DNA of 64,000 bases from the human T2T-CHM13v2.0 reference genome, Homo sapiens: the NCBI RefSeq assembly GCF_009914755.1, contig NC_060939.1; one strand, 5' to 3'. Below are positions 38,487 through 60,468 of this stretch, one piece after another; position 1 is the stretch's first letter, and each line of letters begins with the position of its first letter. The notes under the pieces are model-generated. The model was not told the origin of the DNA. It saw nothing but the letters and a program-made list of their open reading frames with translations, and did not search any database. The position numbers were made by a program, and so were the translations under genes.

Positions 38487-38972
38487 CTAATTGAGTCACA
38501 TATTCAATTTAAGCCCTTGATTTTTAAAAATCTATTTTACTATGCAGTGATTTTTTTGAAATTTGCAATTTTTAGGTCACTGAGTTATCTATGTTTTAAC
38601 ATATATGCACATATTCACATCCATAGCTCACTGATTACACATAAACCTAAAATAAAACATTTGAATATATTTGCAATTATTGTGACCAGCTCTTACCTGG
38701 AAAAGCTGTTAGATGTATTCTTATTTATGTATTAACTCGCATTTGCTATATTAGCATTTACATAGGGAAATAAAACAAGCAGGAGGTCCAGTCAAAATAA
38801 GTGTTGGAATTCTGAGGGCTAACGCATTTTCCACTAGTGGATTTTCTGTTGCACTGAAATGATTAGTGCATTTCACTTCACTACTGATCCTATAAGCAGT
38901 CAGATTAAATACAGAGACAATATAAATAGAAAATCCAGGTCTTCAGCCCTGCCCTTGAAAATGAAAAGAACG

Positions 38973-39239
<267 letters not shown>

Positions 39240-40204
39240 TTATTTTGTTTGAGCTAGAATTAAACCCAACTGGATGACTACATTGATTAAATTCCATGAC
39301 TGTGTGTTTAACTCATGATTTCACTTGGATTTAGGCATTTAGTTGTATAATGCCAAACATCTGGATGTTTTTTCTCTAGTGCCAAATATATAACTGTGTG
39401 GAAGAATGTTCCAGTTTTGGCATTTACTTGGCATCCTTATATACACTCTTCAACCGGACGTACCATGTCACCTGAGGAACTCCAGAAATTTGGGTCAAAA
39501 AGATGTGTATTTCTGATTAGGTTTAATTCTTAAAACTGTAAATATAAGCTATCTGAATACATAAGCATTTGGCAATATTCTGTAGATTCTAACAGCCCCT
39601 CTCTCTATGTTGGCGTCATGTCCAGGAACATTTTAGATATACTACCATAACATTTTCTAAATGACTGTATTATAATTTAATGTTATATTTGGCAAACACA
39701 ACCTAAAATACAGTAGCTAATAGTGCAAGCTCATTTTACTTGCATATCATTGTAAATCACTTTCATGTAGTACTTACCAAATGTGTCAGGTTATTACAAT
39801 CTATTTAATGACTTAATGTGTAAGATGCATTGTTCTTAAATTCAATTATACCCTTTGCACCTCTGGAATTAAGGTCATGTCAGCATTTCTTTTATATAAG
39901 TGCTTGGGTTTAGCAGTTTTTAACTGAGTTATAAAAGTTGGCTTCCAAATCAAGCCTTAGTAATAAAGGTCACTGCCTGAAGGAATTCCCCTCCTCTCCA
40001 AATTTAGTACATATAATGTTTTGGTGCAACTCCTGCTTTCTAAAATAATTTTTCAGGAAAAAATTCATTATAGTCTTCATATGGCAGAAAGGAAGCTCTT
40101 TCATTTTCTGTTTGCTTTATAAGACTAAGCTTTTCTTCCTTGCAAAGTGACAGTCATCTCTCTATCTGGCTTTTAATATATTCTCCATCTCCATTTTTTT
40201 ATTG

Positions 40205-40795
<591 letters not shown>

Positions 40796-41128
40796 TTATG
40801 GCTATCAGACAATCATTACCCTAATGTCAATAAATAGATATTTTTAATTTTAGAAATTAATATTAATATTTTTATTATTCATCTTCAGGTTTGCTTAGGA
40901 AGAAAACAAGATTTCCCTGAAGCAGTTGAATTAGACAGGCAATTAGCCCTGTGGTGTTGAAACATTACTGTATGTGTTGCTAATGAAACACTCTAGGCAA
41001 TTCCACTCGGCCGCATGTTAATCACAAGAAGATGGACACATTTTCCTGGGTGCAGAAAAAAGCCACTCCCTTACTGACTCATTCTTTAAAATATATATAT
41101 GTATAATTCACGGACAGATACAGTTTTG

Positions 41129-41465
<337 letters not shown>

Positions 41466-42255
41466 CTAATTTGTTCCTGAATAACCTGCAAAGAAATTCT
41501 CCTGCAAAAATTGGAAAGAGGCAGATCCACTGACAAAAAATAATTTGTTTTCCTCTGTCTGTACTAACAGTAGAATCTCTGCTTTCTTAGTTGTCATGAC
41601 CTCCTGTTTCTGCAGGGAACAGATCACTGTGTCAGGGACCGCACACAGAAGCATCATAGTGTGATTATACATGCCTGCAGAGATGCTCCAGCACTGATGA
41701 TGCAAAAGAGTCCAAGAAATAAAATACATGTGATGGAATCCAAAAGCCCTCAGAAGAATTTTAATCAATATTTTTTAGAAAATTTTCTTTCAATATATAC
41801 TACTATCTAAACACTGAAAATTGTAATTCCCAATTCTATTAATTGACTTTTTCACATCGATTAAAATCTTTGGAGTTTTCTATTTGATCTAATTCAGGAT
41901 AAATTTGATGTTTCTTTGCCTGACATAATCCAGATGACATTCATGCAACTACAATCTGTTGTTTCCACCCTGCCATTACACAAATAGAATCCTAGAACTG
42001 GAAAGTCCAACAGAATTCATTTTTACAAGTGAATATCAAATATTTAAACTACTCTGTTCACAAGGTTTCCTTTTCTTAGAAAAAGTTCACAGCCTTTGAT
42101 GGACAAAAGTCTAAATCAGGGACAATGACAGCGTTAAGCCCTTGCCAGGCAGACACATCAAAGTTAAAGGAGCCTCCTGATATAGAGAAGATCCAGAATA
42201 AAACTTTGTGAAAGGAAATAAGGCTATACAGAAAAACCATCTAAGTATTGGTCCG

Positions 42256-42421
42256 TTTATTATTATTATTATTCTTATTGAGACAAGGTTTTGCTCTGTT
42301 GTCCAGGATAGAGTGCAATGGCACAATCATAGCTCATTGCAACCTCCAACCACTGGTCTCAAGTGATCACCTCATCCTCCTGCTTAGTTGGGACTACTGG
42401 CATGCACCGCCACACTCAGCT
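42256..42421 (-). mobile_element. AluJ right arm / FRAM
   Basis: (ATT)n tail, catagctcattgcaacc. Confidence 0.85.
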
Positions 42422-43234
42422 TGGTCTATTATTTATTTGATTCAAATATGTAAGAAAATGCAAGCATAGCTTAAAATAACCTGAAACATTTATTAGCAAA
42501 AAATAAGCAAGGTAGATGCCATTCAGGATTCTAGACAATAGGCCATTTATGATTTGCTTGACCATCAGAAATAAGTTATAGTAATATAAAATTCCTTTTC
42601 AAAACTCAATTAATGTTTAAAAGAGAGCACACAACATAGTTGATTGGGAACCTCTCAGTTGATATGATTTCTGAATAAATCGCATGTATCAGTTGACTAG
42701 AAACCATCACTCTCAACTATAAAATGGAGATTACGTTGTTCAGTGATCCATGTTACATCAACACCAATAAGAGAGGAAGACAGGGTGATGATACAGTATC
42801 TTAGAAAGTCATTACTACCATTTTATAAATTCCATTTAAACAAATTAACTGGGAAAGTAGCCAGCATCAGTGTAGATAACAGGCAGTACTTTTTTTTCTT
42901 AAAATTCGACCAAAATTCAACTATACTTCTTGAACTGTAGTTCAACCAGAAAGGAAAATGCAGTAGTTATAATAGAACAGTTTACAACAGAGTTGGAGAT
43001 AAATGCCTCAAATCAAACAGATTTGCATAAGACTGCCTAGAGTCCACATGGATGGTTCCATGAGAGTGGCTCACCATGCAGCTGAGCTTCCTGACACTAC
43101 TAATGCAGGGGTAAATTAATCAAGGAGCTTATTAATGAAGCTTAATGTTTATTGATCAACAGTGCATTGTTACCAATCCACTTAATGGCAGGTAGAGTGG
43201 AATTAGACAATTTGGCCAATTTAAGAGAATTGTA

Positions 43235-43552
<318 letters not shown>

Positions 43553-43681
43553 CTATGAAAGGATGATGAACTGACTATGAAATCTAAAGAGGTTTTCAAT
43601 GTTACATTCAGAGCATCTGATATTACATGGCTCCCTACTATTAACTGAAGAAAAATAATCTTAAAGCAAGTGACGGAGTAA

Positions 43682-44080
<399 letters not shown>

Positions 44081-44672
44081 AAAGCTATCTTTTATTTATT
44101 GAGAGAAAGATGGCTTCTGTGACCCCAGATTATGTACATAGACTTCTAGCATTGTATTCATCCCATTGCATTCTAAAAATTTGTATATGTGTTAATTTCT
44201 CTGCTTATTAATATGATGAGAATTCCTTAGGAGCATGTCTAATTTTTATAGTACTTGGCATGTAGCAGGCCTATAATAAATGTGTATTGAGTGCATGTGG
44301 TTAGTCAATATATGAGAATAAGAAATGTTCATGTCTATGATGCTTGTAATTCCAAAGATAAATTGGCTGACAGGCAAAACAAATCTCACAGACCAGATTT
44401 CTGTTTACCAAAACCACCTGCTTGTCAGATCAAATCATTTGCATATCATCCAAAGACAAAACTCTAAGAGATCTTAAAAAGTTCAGAAATCATCTATTGC
44501 AATTCAAGATATTTAATAAAAATTATAGCCAATACCAACTTCTTAATCTTTGATCAAATGTGTCCAAAAATAATTAGGCAAAGAAAACTTTGCAAAGAGA
44601 AAATCTACATTTAAAACTTCCAGTTTTATTCTAATATTTAATTTGAAAATGCGTAGCTTTTCTTTTTGTATC

Positions 44673-44978
<306 letters not shown>

Positions 44979-45284
44979 TTCTTTTTGTATCTTAATGGGA
45001 TAAGTGATTGTGTAAAGGATTTTTAATGTTTAGAGACTGACAATTCTAAATTGTTAGAAGTTTCCTCAGTTCCTCACCCTACACCTTGCCTGGCTGTGCT
45101 GATAACGTCACATATATCCCCCTTTAGGATGGTAAATGTGTTATCGAAGGAGATTTTAAAAATTTAAACTAGTATCTGCAAGTGTAAAAAACACAAAATA
45201 AGGATGCAAAAAAGTGGGGTGTTTTTAATATTAATAAAATTAATATTTTATTAAACTATTTAAAGCTACTACCAAAAGAACTAG

Positions 45285-45618
<334 letters not shown>

Positions 45619-45784
45619 AGAAGTAGGTTTTCTAAGTTAAAGATTTTCTTTGAACACAATTTAAATATATTTGTCCTTGTCAGTTTATATACGAAATATT
45701 TGACTTTTCAAGTGAAAACATCTGATGGTTTTGCCAGCATAAGAGTTTCGCTGCCGACATGGGAGTATATTTCATAGAAGATGG

Positions 45785-46005
45785 TTGTGGCAAGAATTAG
45801 GGCCCTGGAATGATGTTTTGCTTCTGCTCTTTGCCAGCTATATCACCTTGGGAAGTTATTTGACCTTAGTCTCAGAGTTCTCATACACAAAGTGAAGATA
45901 ATTAACTATTTCAACTATTTCACAAGGTTATTATGCCAATGATATTATGTGTACAAAAGCACTTGTAAACTGTAACTCATGCCATATAAATGTTAATTAT
46001 GATTA
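45785..46005 (+). mobile_element. MIR
   Basis: ccttgggaagttatttgacc..tctcag..ctcatacacaaagtgaagataat..aaagcacttgtaaactgtaa. Confidence 0.72.
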
Positions 46006-46174
46006 TGGCTTCACCCACTATAGCATTGCAACATCATGGAATATGGCAAGCCTATCCTTTTTTTTCTTTTTTGCCTGAGGGATAAAAACAATTTCTTATT
46101 TCTAAATGTGCTCCTCTGCAACACAAATAGTGAAGACTTTTTCCATTTGCTTTCTCGTTTTTCCAGTTCCCCAT

Positions 46175-46362
46175 GTTTTTATTGTGAAATATACGTAACA
46201 TAAAATTTACTATCTTAACCATTTTTAAGTATACAATTCATTGGTATTAAGTACATTCATATTATTGGGCAACCATCACCACCATCCATCTCCAGGACTC
46301 CTTTCATCTTGCAAAACGAAAACTTTACACCCATTAAACAGTAACTCCCCATTTCCTCCTCT
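46175..46362 (-). mobile_element. L1MB-type 3' terminal fragment
   Basis: taacataaaatttactatcttaaccatttttaagtatacaattca..aaccatcaccaccatccatctccag..cccattaaacagtaactcccc. Confidence 0.85.
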
Positions 46363-46722
46363 CTAATTCCTTTTATTTTGAGGTAATTTAGAATTTGAAT
46401 GCTGCTCTCACCTTATCTGTTACACAAAATTCACGGCCAAACAGAAATGTAATAGTGGTAATCTCAATTCCATCTGCTACTTCCGTTGTTTTTGGTCTTG
46501 GCAAGATAAACAGAAGATATAGTGAAGAAGTACTGTAATGTAGAAATTGCATAAGAGAAATGTGCAATTCAGCTACATGTAAAAGCCTGATTATTTTGCA
46601 AACTTTGAGGCACTGTGACTCGTCTGGAAAATATCCTAAATAGCTAGGGATGTTTACAAAGAGTTATCTGATAATGGCTTTAAAAAATGTAACTAGGTCT
46701 CCTAAATTCCCATAAACTGCAG

Positions 46723-47034
46723 ATTATTATTATTATTATTATTATTATTATTTGAGATGGAGTCTCCCTCTGTCGCCCAGGCTGGAGTGCAGTGGCGCGA
46801 TCTCGGCTCACTGCAAGCTCCGCCCCTCCAGGTTTAAGCAATTCTCTGCCTCAGCCTCCGGAGTAGCTAGGATTACAGGCGTGTGCCACCACGCCTGGCT
46901 AATTTTTTGTATTTTTAGTAGAGACGGGGTTTCAGCATCTTGGCCAGGCTGGTCTTGAACTCCTGACCTCGTGATCCACCTGCCAAGGCCTCCCAAAGTG
47001 CTGGGATTACAGGCGTGAGCCACCGCGCCTGGCC
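46723..47034 (-). mobile_element. AluSg-like, (ATT)n tail
   Basis: TSD aactgcagattatt. Confidence 0.95.
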
Positions 47035-47059
47035 ACAACTGCAGATTATTTTAAAAATT

Positions 47060-47470
47060 GATGTTACATACACACAATGAATAATATATAACCACTAAAT
47101 ATCTCATTATAGAATAATACCTAAATATATGGGAATATGGTCTGCTATAGTATTAAGGTTAAAAAAATTACAAAACAGTACATATTACTGTTTTGGTATT
47201 ACTTTTTTGATATTACTTAATTGATAATTATGCCCAATTAAATAATAAAAATAAAAGAACTATACCTGTATGTATGTATGTATGTATATATATGTGTGCG
47301 TATTGTATATATACATATATATGAAAAGGCTAGAAGGTATACAGGAAAATGTTAGTGGCAATCTCTGGGTAGCAGAATTATTAGTGAGTTTTAATTTCTT
47401 CTTTGCAATTTTTTATGTTTTGCATTTTTTTCAATGGCCGTATATTACTTTTATAATCAGGACCAAAATT
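47060..47470 (+). mobile_element. Ancient L1M 3' end
   Basis: ttacaaaacagta, gaaggtatacaggaaaatgttagtgg..tctctggg, tattacttttataatcag. Confidence 0.55.
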
Positions 47471-48599
47471 TAATTAAGTAAAAACTCAAGCACAGGCCAC
47501 CTCCAAAGCAAACCCAGCAATGAACTCTGAAGCATTTCTGCTATGAACACTTAAGTAATTGGAAATTGGGAGGACCATAAAAAATAGTCACTTGGGGCTA
47601 GTATTGGAATGAAAAACCCAAAGAGCTTGTTTCGAATCATGTCAGCTTTCGCATTACTAATATAATTAAAGCAAATAAATCGGTTGGCCAACATGCCACT
47701 CACCCTTCAGACACACGTCACAGCTGTCTGCATGCTCACTATCTCCACCTTGCTCAATTTTTACAGTTTTTAATATGAATATCAATTCCCTTTTTCATAA
47801 ACCTAACCTATAAATGCCACAACCCTCTGAGGGATTTCCCCAGGCTTCATTTTAGGCTCCACAAGAAAGGATGTAAAAGAGACTTTTCTTTTGTGAAGTG
47901 ATTCTATAATTCTGTCCAATATCCATCATTTTCAAGGGCAAGTAATCATATTTAATAGATCCCAAATTACATTCTGTCAGGCAAGGATTCCCTTGATGAT
48001 ATTAACCAGAGCAGAGGACTGACAGTCAGAGGCCTGAAAGTAAGATACTCTTCTACAAAGGGCTTACAAGCTTTGCTTCGTAGGGGTCGACCCCACGAAG
48101 TCTGAAGTGGTGTAGGATCTGTGCCTTCATCACAATCCTCAGCCCTCCCTGAGTTACCCACAAACAATCCCTGATTTCCTGTCCTAAAATCACTTTCAAA
48201 ATTAAATTACTTGGCCCACTTTTGACCCTTTCCTTTGAGGAAATTGCCATCATGAATTTGTTTTTACAGCACTACTTTAGCAAGACAGCTAGATGTATAA
48301 GAATCTACCTATGCTATCTCCATTCTAGCCCCTTGTAGGAAAACTGAAAAGGGAAAAGCTGAATGAGATGAGGAAGCTGGAGCGATGCTGTCATGGCTTG
48401 TACTGTTTATATGAATGGTACCAGGTATCAGGTTGGAAATCTTTTCCTGACAGGAAAGACTGTAAGGTCATAATGCCAGAAAAGGAGTGCAAGGACCAGT
48501 TTTCCTTTGAAAAAGGAGGACATCTTATGCTAGATTTTCATTAGAAGGGAAGTTCCTGTCATTCCTTCTTTGAGCACCTCTATTGAAGCGGCTTTTATT

Positions 48600-49212
<613 letters not shown>

Positions 49213-49378
49213 TTATTAAAACAATTCAAGCACAAATATTTATTTAAATCTAAATCTTCATTCAAAATCCAACTATAGAGCTCTTGCTATGTGCCTCACT
49301 CTTGTTGCTTTATATACATGAACTCATTTCCTTCTTACAAAGACTCTGTAACCTATAGATATAGTTATACCAATCTTA

Positions 49379-49744
<366 letters not shown>

Positions 49745-49868
49745 TTAGAATGGCTTGGAGTCCAGCAGTTTGGGCCACTATTAATGTTTTGATGATCTAT
49801 CTAACCACTGAGAATTTGTTTTTATTGTTCTGGAAAAAATAATCTCAATGCAGTTGCTCCAAACTTCA

Positions 49869-50239
<371 letters not shown>

Positions 50240-51292
50240 TTAAGGGTAGAGTGAGAAAGAGGGGCTACTTGTCATCAATGTTTACCATTTTAGAATAAGA
50301 AGTAGGGTGATGAGCCTAAAGCTGCGGCAGCAGAAGAAAATAAATATTAAACCATTATCAAGATACTTGTTTTATAATTTTGAGTGACAAAAACACTTTA
50401 TACAAAGGGACCAACGCTGCCCGCTCTTCCTCCTATTTTTTCTTGGGTTTCCATGTCTTTCCTTTGCTCTTTCATACCAACTATTTTATTGTTACTCACA
50501 ACTCTTCCTTCTCATTTCTACTTTATCACAGTTCTTTCTTTTATCCCTTAATTTTTTCCCTATGCCTAAAAAAGAGAAAAAATAAAATCAATTCAACTTT
50601 GATGCTTTCCCTTTAAATGTAATAAAACACAGGTGCAAAAACTGAAGGAATTGGCTGCTTTCATGCTCATTTCTTCCATCTTTCGTCATCATTAACTCCT
50701 TTTGCTACTCTCTTCTTTACTTCCTCCTTTCCAATAAGTCACTTCCTTCTTTTCAATAAATCACGAAGGCTAAGATTTAAAAGTGCTTTGCCATATTCTG
50801 ATACAGTACAGTAGTTTAATTTTCATATCAGTCTAACCCAAATTGATTTCTCATTGACAGAGCTCAGCTGCCACCTCCTTGCCTGCTGTGTTCACCAAAT
50901 GGAAAATCTCAGTAAAACCTGTATTATCATTTATTTCCACTGTGGAAATATTAAGCAAGCTAGAATGTGGCAATTTCTTTAGATTTTTAAAATCATAACA
51001 CAATTATTAGAATAATGAAAATTTCCCAATTTCCCTGTGAATGAGTTAGAGATTCAAATAAAGTGTTCATTTAAAGTCTGACCATCAGGTCTCCAGGGAA
51101 CTTTGGTGATTCATTTTGCCTGCACATGTCAGTATACTACTTACCTTCTTCTCAGTGCTGTTACTTTTTTTTTTTTTTAAAGAGTCAGCACTCTTTTATC
51201 TTTTAAAGTGTTTATTTTTAAATAGATTTCTTCATTTTAAACTTTATTGAATAAACAATGACAGCTGCCTGTATTTGTGTCACATTTTATAA

Positions 51293-51584
<292 letters not shown>

Positions 51585-51772
51585 CACATTTTATAATTTT
51601 TAGAGAGTTTTTACAGCATTATCTATTTAGTCCTCATTAAAACACCAGACACTTGCCATGGACTGTGGCGGGCCTTGTGGTTCAGATGAAAACATTGCAT
51701 AGTTCCTTCCTCGGGAGACTGGAGTAGAGACTATGCGGAAATGTAATAATTCCAGACAGAACAATGTATTAT

Positions 51773-52778
<1,006 letters not shown>

Positions 52779-52823
52779 CTACACAAACATCATTACTTCG
52801 GTTACCTTAGGTTTTCTTCATTA

Positions 52824-53206
<383 letters not shown>

Positions 53207-53558
53207 TCACAATATATAAATAACATATTATATATTATCTATAAGTAGTATATTAAATAATAACACTATATTAAAATAAGTACCTTATGTATACAATGAA
53301 CACTGTGCTTTGTGCTTTATATATCTATCACTTTTAATCCTTTGAAAAAGGCTGTGAGATCATATTATTCCCAGTTACCCCTAGATTCCATTTTCTTAAT
53401 TTGAGAGTCCTGTTTTCTTTTGGTATAGACTGATGAAAACAGATGAGCCAGTATGAATTACCTGGGCTCTGGCTTTCTAGAATGGGCCTGCTGTTTTGCA
53501 TATCAACATAAATTCTGTGTGAAGATTTTTAGCTGGCTAACCATTTGAGATAGAGTGA

Positions 53559-53913
<355 letters not shown>

Positions 53914-54186
53914 AATTTTTATTTCTTTATGATCAAGTTTAAAATGTTTTCCAATTACTCATCTGTTACTTCCTATTGAGTTAAATGTATTTTTTTAAAT
54001 GCAGAAGTAACGTTCACTTCTTACCAACTCAGCCTCACCTATTGATTCATTAAATCCCATAGATTATCCATAATGCGTTTGATACAATTAAATCATGATT
54101 TTATTTCCACTTATGAAGAGAGGTTCTCTCAAAGCATTCAAAGCCTATGTCCAAGGCACAATTTGCTTATAGAAAGAATCCGAAGG

Positions 54187-54502
<316 letters not shown>

Positions 54503-55399
54503 ATAAGAATAAGAAAAAGAAAGAATCTGAAGGAAGATCTTTTACTCCATGATAGTGGCTAAGTATGAATTACATTACCCAAAGAAGAAAAATTTATTTC
54601 CATTAGTCAAATAAAAGTGCTGAGAGAATTCAAATAAACCAATTTTCCATACATTTAAGGGCTCCTGCACATATATTTAATACCTTTCAATGATCAGTTT
54701 TAGCCACATGAAGTAGTAAAAACATACAGTATTTCTTCCTAAGTGTTGTTAAAACAACTTCTTAGACAAATGGATTATAAACCTGGGTCAGAGCTTTATT
54801 TCTAGCTAGGCACAAGGGATGAAACCTTTAAATGTGCCAATTTAAGATTCCCTTTAGGAATCGTATAGGAAAAGTGAATGGTTAATCATTGTTAAACTGG
54901 ATACAAGAAAAAATAATGTCTGGTTAAAGATTATTAGGCTAGCCAGTCAGCTGGGTGGGTAACCCTGGCTTCCCAGAAGTCCTTAATCTCATTCAGGTCT
55001 ATCAGAAAAGTGCTCAAGCATTTTAACAGCAATGCCAATTACTTCCCAGAGGAGGTTGTGAATTATATCACATAAAAAAGTTCTGCCTCCAGACAATGTT
55101 TAGGACAATCTTTGTTCTCAATGTGAATAAAACTTTTGTGCCAAAAAGCTATCATTGAATTTTTGGTTCTAAAATAATACTTTTTCTCTAATATTTGATT
55201 TAAGGTGGCTAGCCCTTTTGGAATAAACCTATGAAATGTTTCTTACCTTAAAAGAATGTTGCAAGATTTGAGACATTGATATTTAGACAAATGTAACACT
55301 TCTGAGAAATTGTAAGATGACATAATGGAAATAGTAATAAAGTAAGTGGCAAATGTGATTTTAAAACAAGCCAGCAGTGTCTGGATTTGTCTACTGATT

Positions 55400-56255
<856 letters not shown>

Positions 56256-57153
56256 AGTAAAATGATGTTGGCAAGATTGGTCCTTTGAGCTGTTGGTGCT
56301 TTTGTTACTGTCCTGGCCAAACTCCTATTCTAGAGCCTACCACCAGTGGAGCCCTGTAAACAAAAAACACCAATTACAGCACATGTGCAGAAGTCAGACC
56401 ACAATATGACTTAAGGGAAACCTTTCCTTTAGAGCATAACATTATGGGCAAAAAAAATCCTGGCTAGACACAAAGAAATGGCTATTACTTTGAAGCACTG
56501 TAGTGAAGGGGTAGTACTCATCTCTCTTTGGAAAATATAAAACTTGGTAGGGTTTATTTGTTGTGGATAGAGAGGAGGGAAACAATGAGAAAGAATATGG
56601 TCCCAAGTCTGGCAAGGGGCAGAACTGTTCTTCCATAGTTTAAAAGGTACTGGGCCTCTTCTGGGAAGTAATTAGCATTCCTAATCAAAGGCTTGATAGA
56701 TGTCACTGTGAAGAGGACCTCTTCTGGAAAGTTGGTTGGACATAGTCTTCATCCATCCTCTATTTATTCATCTTCCTTGTCTTCTTTCTTGTAACACCTC
56801 CTCTTTCTTTCTCTTTTGCATTCTATTTTTCCTCGTCTTTTTTTTTCCTTTTCTTCTTCTTCATAGATGTTTCTCTCAAGAGAGAATTACTTGTGTATAA
56901 CTTGCTCAGAGGGCTCTGTCCTGGCAGCAAACTTGAAATGAGACTCTTGACATTTCTTGTAATCAGTTTGTCTGAGAACTTGCTTTCTTCAGTTTTTTTC
57001 ATCACATAGATTATTCATTGGAACATAATAAATAATAAAAATCTTGGAGTTTCTAGTTTAGTAGCTCAAGGAAGGTGGTTAGAAGCCTGGAAGAGGTGGC
57101 AGAGAAAAAAGAATGTGGAGAGACAGGAGGCCAGCAATAAGACCAGAGGTTGG

Positions 57154-57432
57154 GGTCTGGGCGCAGTGGCTCACGCCTGTAATCCCAGCACTTTGGGAGC
57201 CCGAGGTGGGCGGATCATCTGAGGTCAGGAGTTTGAGACCAGTCTGGCCAACATGGTGGAACCCTGTCTTTACTAAAAATACAAAAATTAGTAGGGCTTT
57301 GCAGGGTCCTGAGGCAGGAGCATCACTTGAACCCAGGAGGCGGAGGTTGTAGTGAGCTGAGATTGTGCCACTGCACTCCAGCCTGGGCAACAGAGCAAGA
57401 CCCTGTCTCAAAAAAAGAAAGAAAGAAAGAAA
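57154..57432 (+). mobile_element. AluSx with a deletion plus filler in the right arm
   Basis: TSD aagaccagaggtt. Confidence 0.94.
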
Positions 57433-57479
57433 AAAGACCAGAGGTTAGGACTCTGCAGGGACACAGCCCAGAGAAACTG

Positions 57480-58783
<1,304 letters not shown>

Positions 58784-59004
58784 CCCCAAATTAGTAAAAC
58801 CTTGGGTGAGTAGTGCTTTGGGTGAATGAAGCAAAGCTGAGTGCAGGGGCGATGTACTCACTTCAAGCAAAGAGATGGTAAGCTAATGATACCAAGAGTT
58901 TAGTGGAAATGGACAGTTTGAGTGAGGGTATGGAAGTTGAGCCTCTGGGAAGCCTCAGGGAAATTTTTGGACCTTTCTTCCATAGCCTGAGTCATTTTAT
59001 TTGA

Positions 59005-59366
<362 letters not shown>

Positions 59367-59372
59367 TAAAGT

Positions 59373-59714
<342 letters not shown>

Positions 59715-60115
59715 TTATACATCTGGTGTTTTTTTCTTTCTCAGAAAAAGGTTTAAATATTTGAAATTAGACATCTGGCAACCCTCGTAGCCAGCTTAAA
59801 CAGGGCAGAGACAATCAATACTCTATTCCAGATCTGCCCAACAGAAAATACAAACTCCAGTGTTGAAGCTTTGAGAGTGAGGGTGGGAGTAGCAAGTGTG
59901 GGTGCTTGCCCTGTACATTGGCGACTTCTTTGGGGGCTCTGAGAGCGGATGGAGCAGGTGAGGAGATGCTGGTGAGGAAGGTAGAGGAGACTGGTGGGAG
60001 GATCAGGTCATCCCTGGAATAAGGCTCATTTCTAGGTTGGCCCAGTTGGCCTGCAGTGACCAGACTATAGCAGGACTCATAGAAGGAAGTGGCTATGTTA
60101 GCTGGCACTAAGTAA

Positions 60116-60468
<353 letters not shown>

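Noticed and set aside
41626-41810. Open frame after a tttctgcag acceptor-like site
   Set aside because: No convincing donor site, no recognisable peptide, and it runs into AT-rich sequence.
50868-50884. CTCF-like ctgccacctccttg (also ctgccatctctaagg near 29343)
   Set aside because: The 3' half departs from the consensus; too weak without ChIP data.
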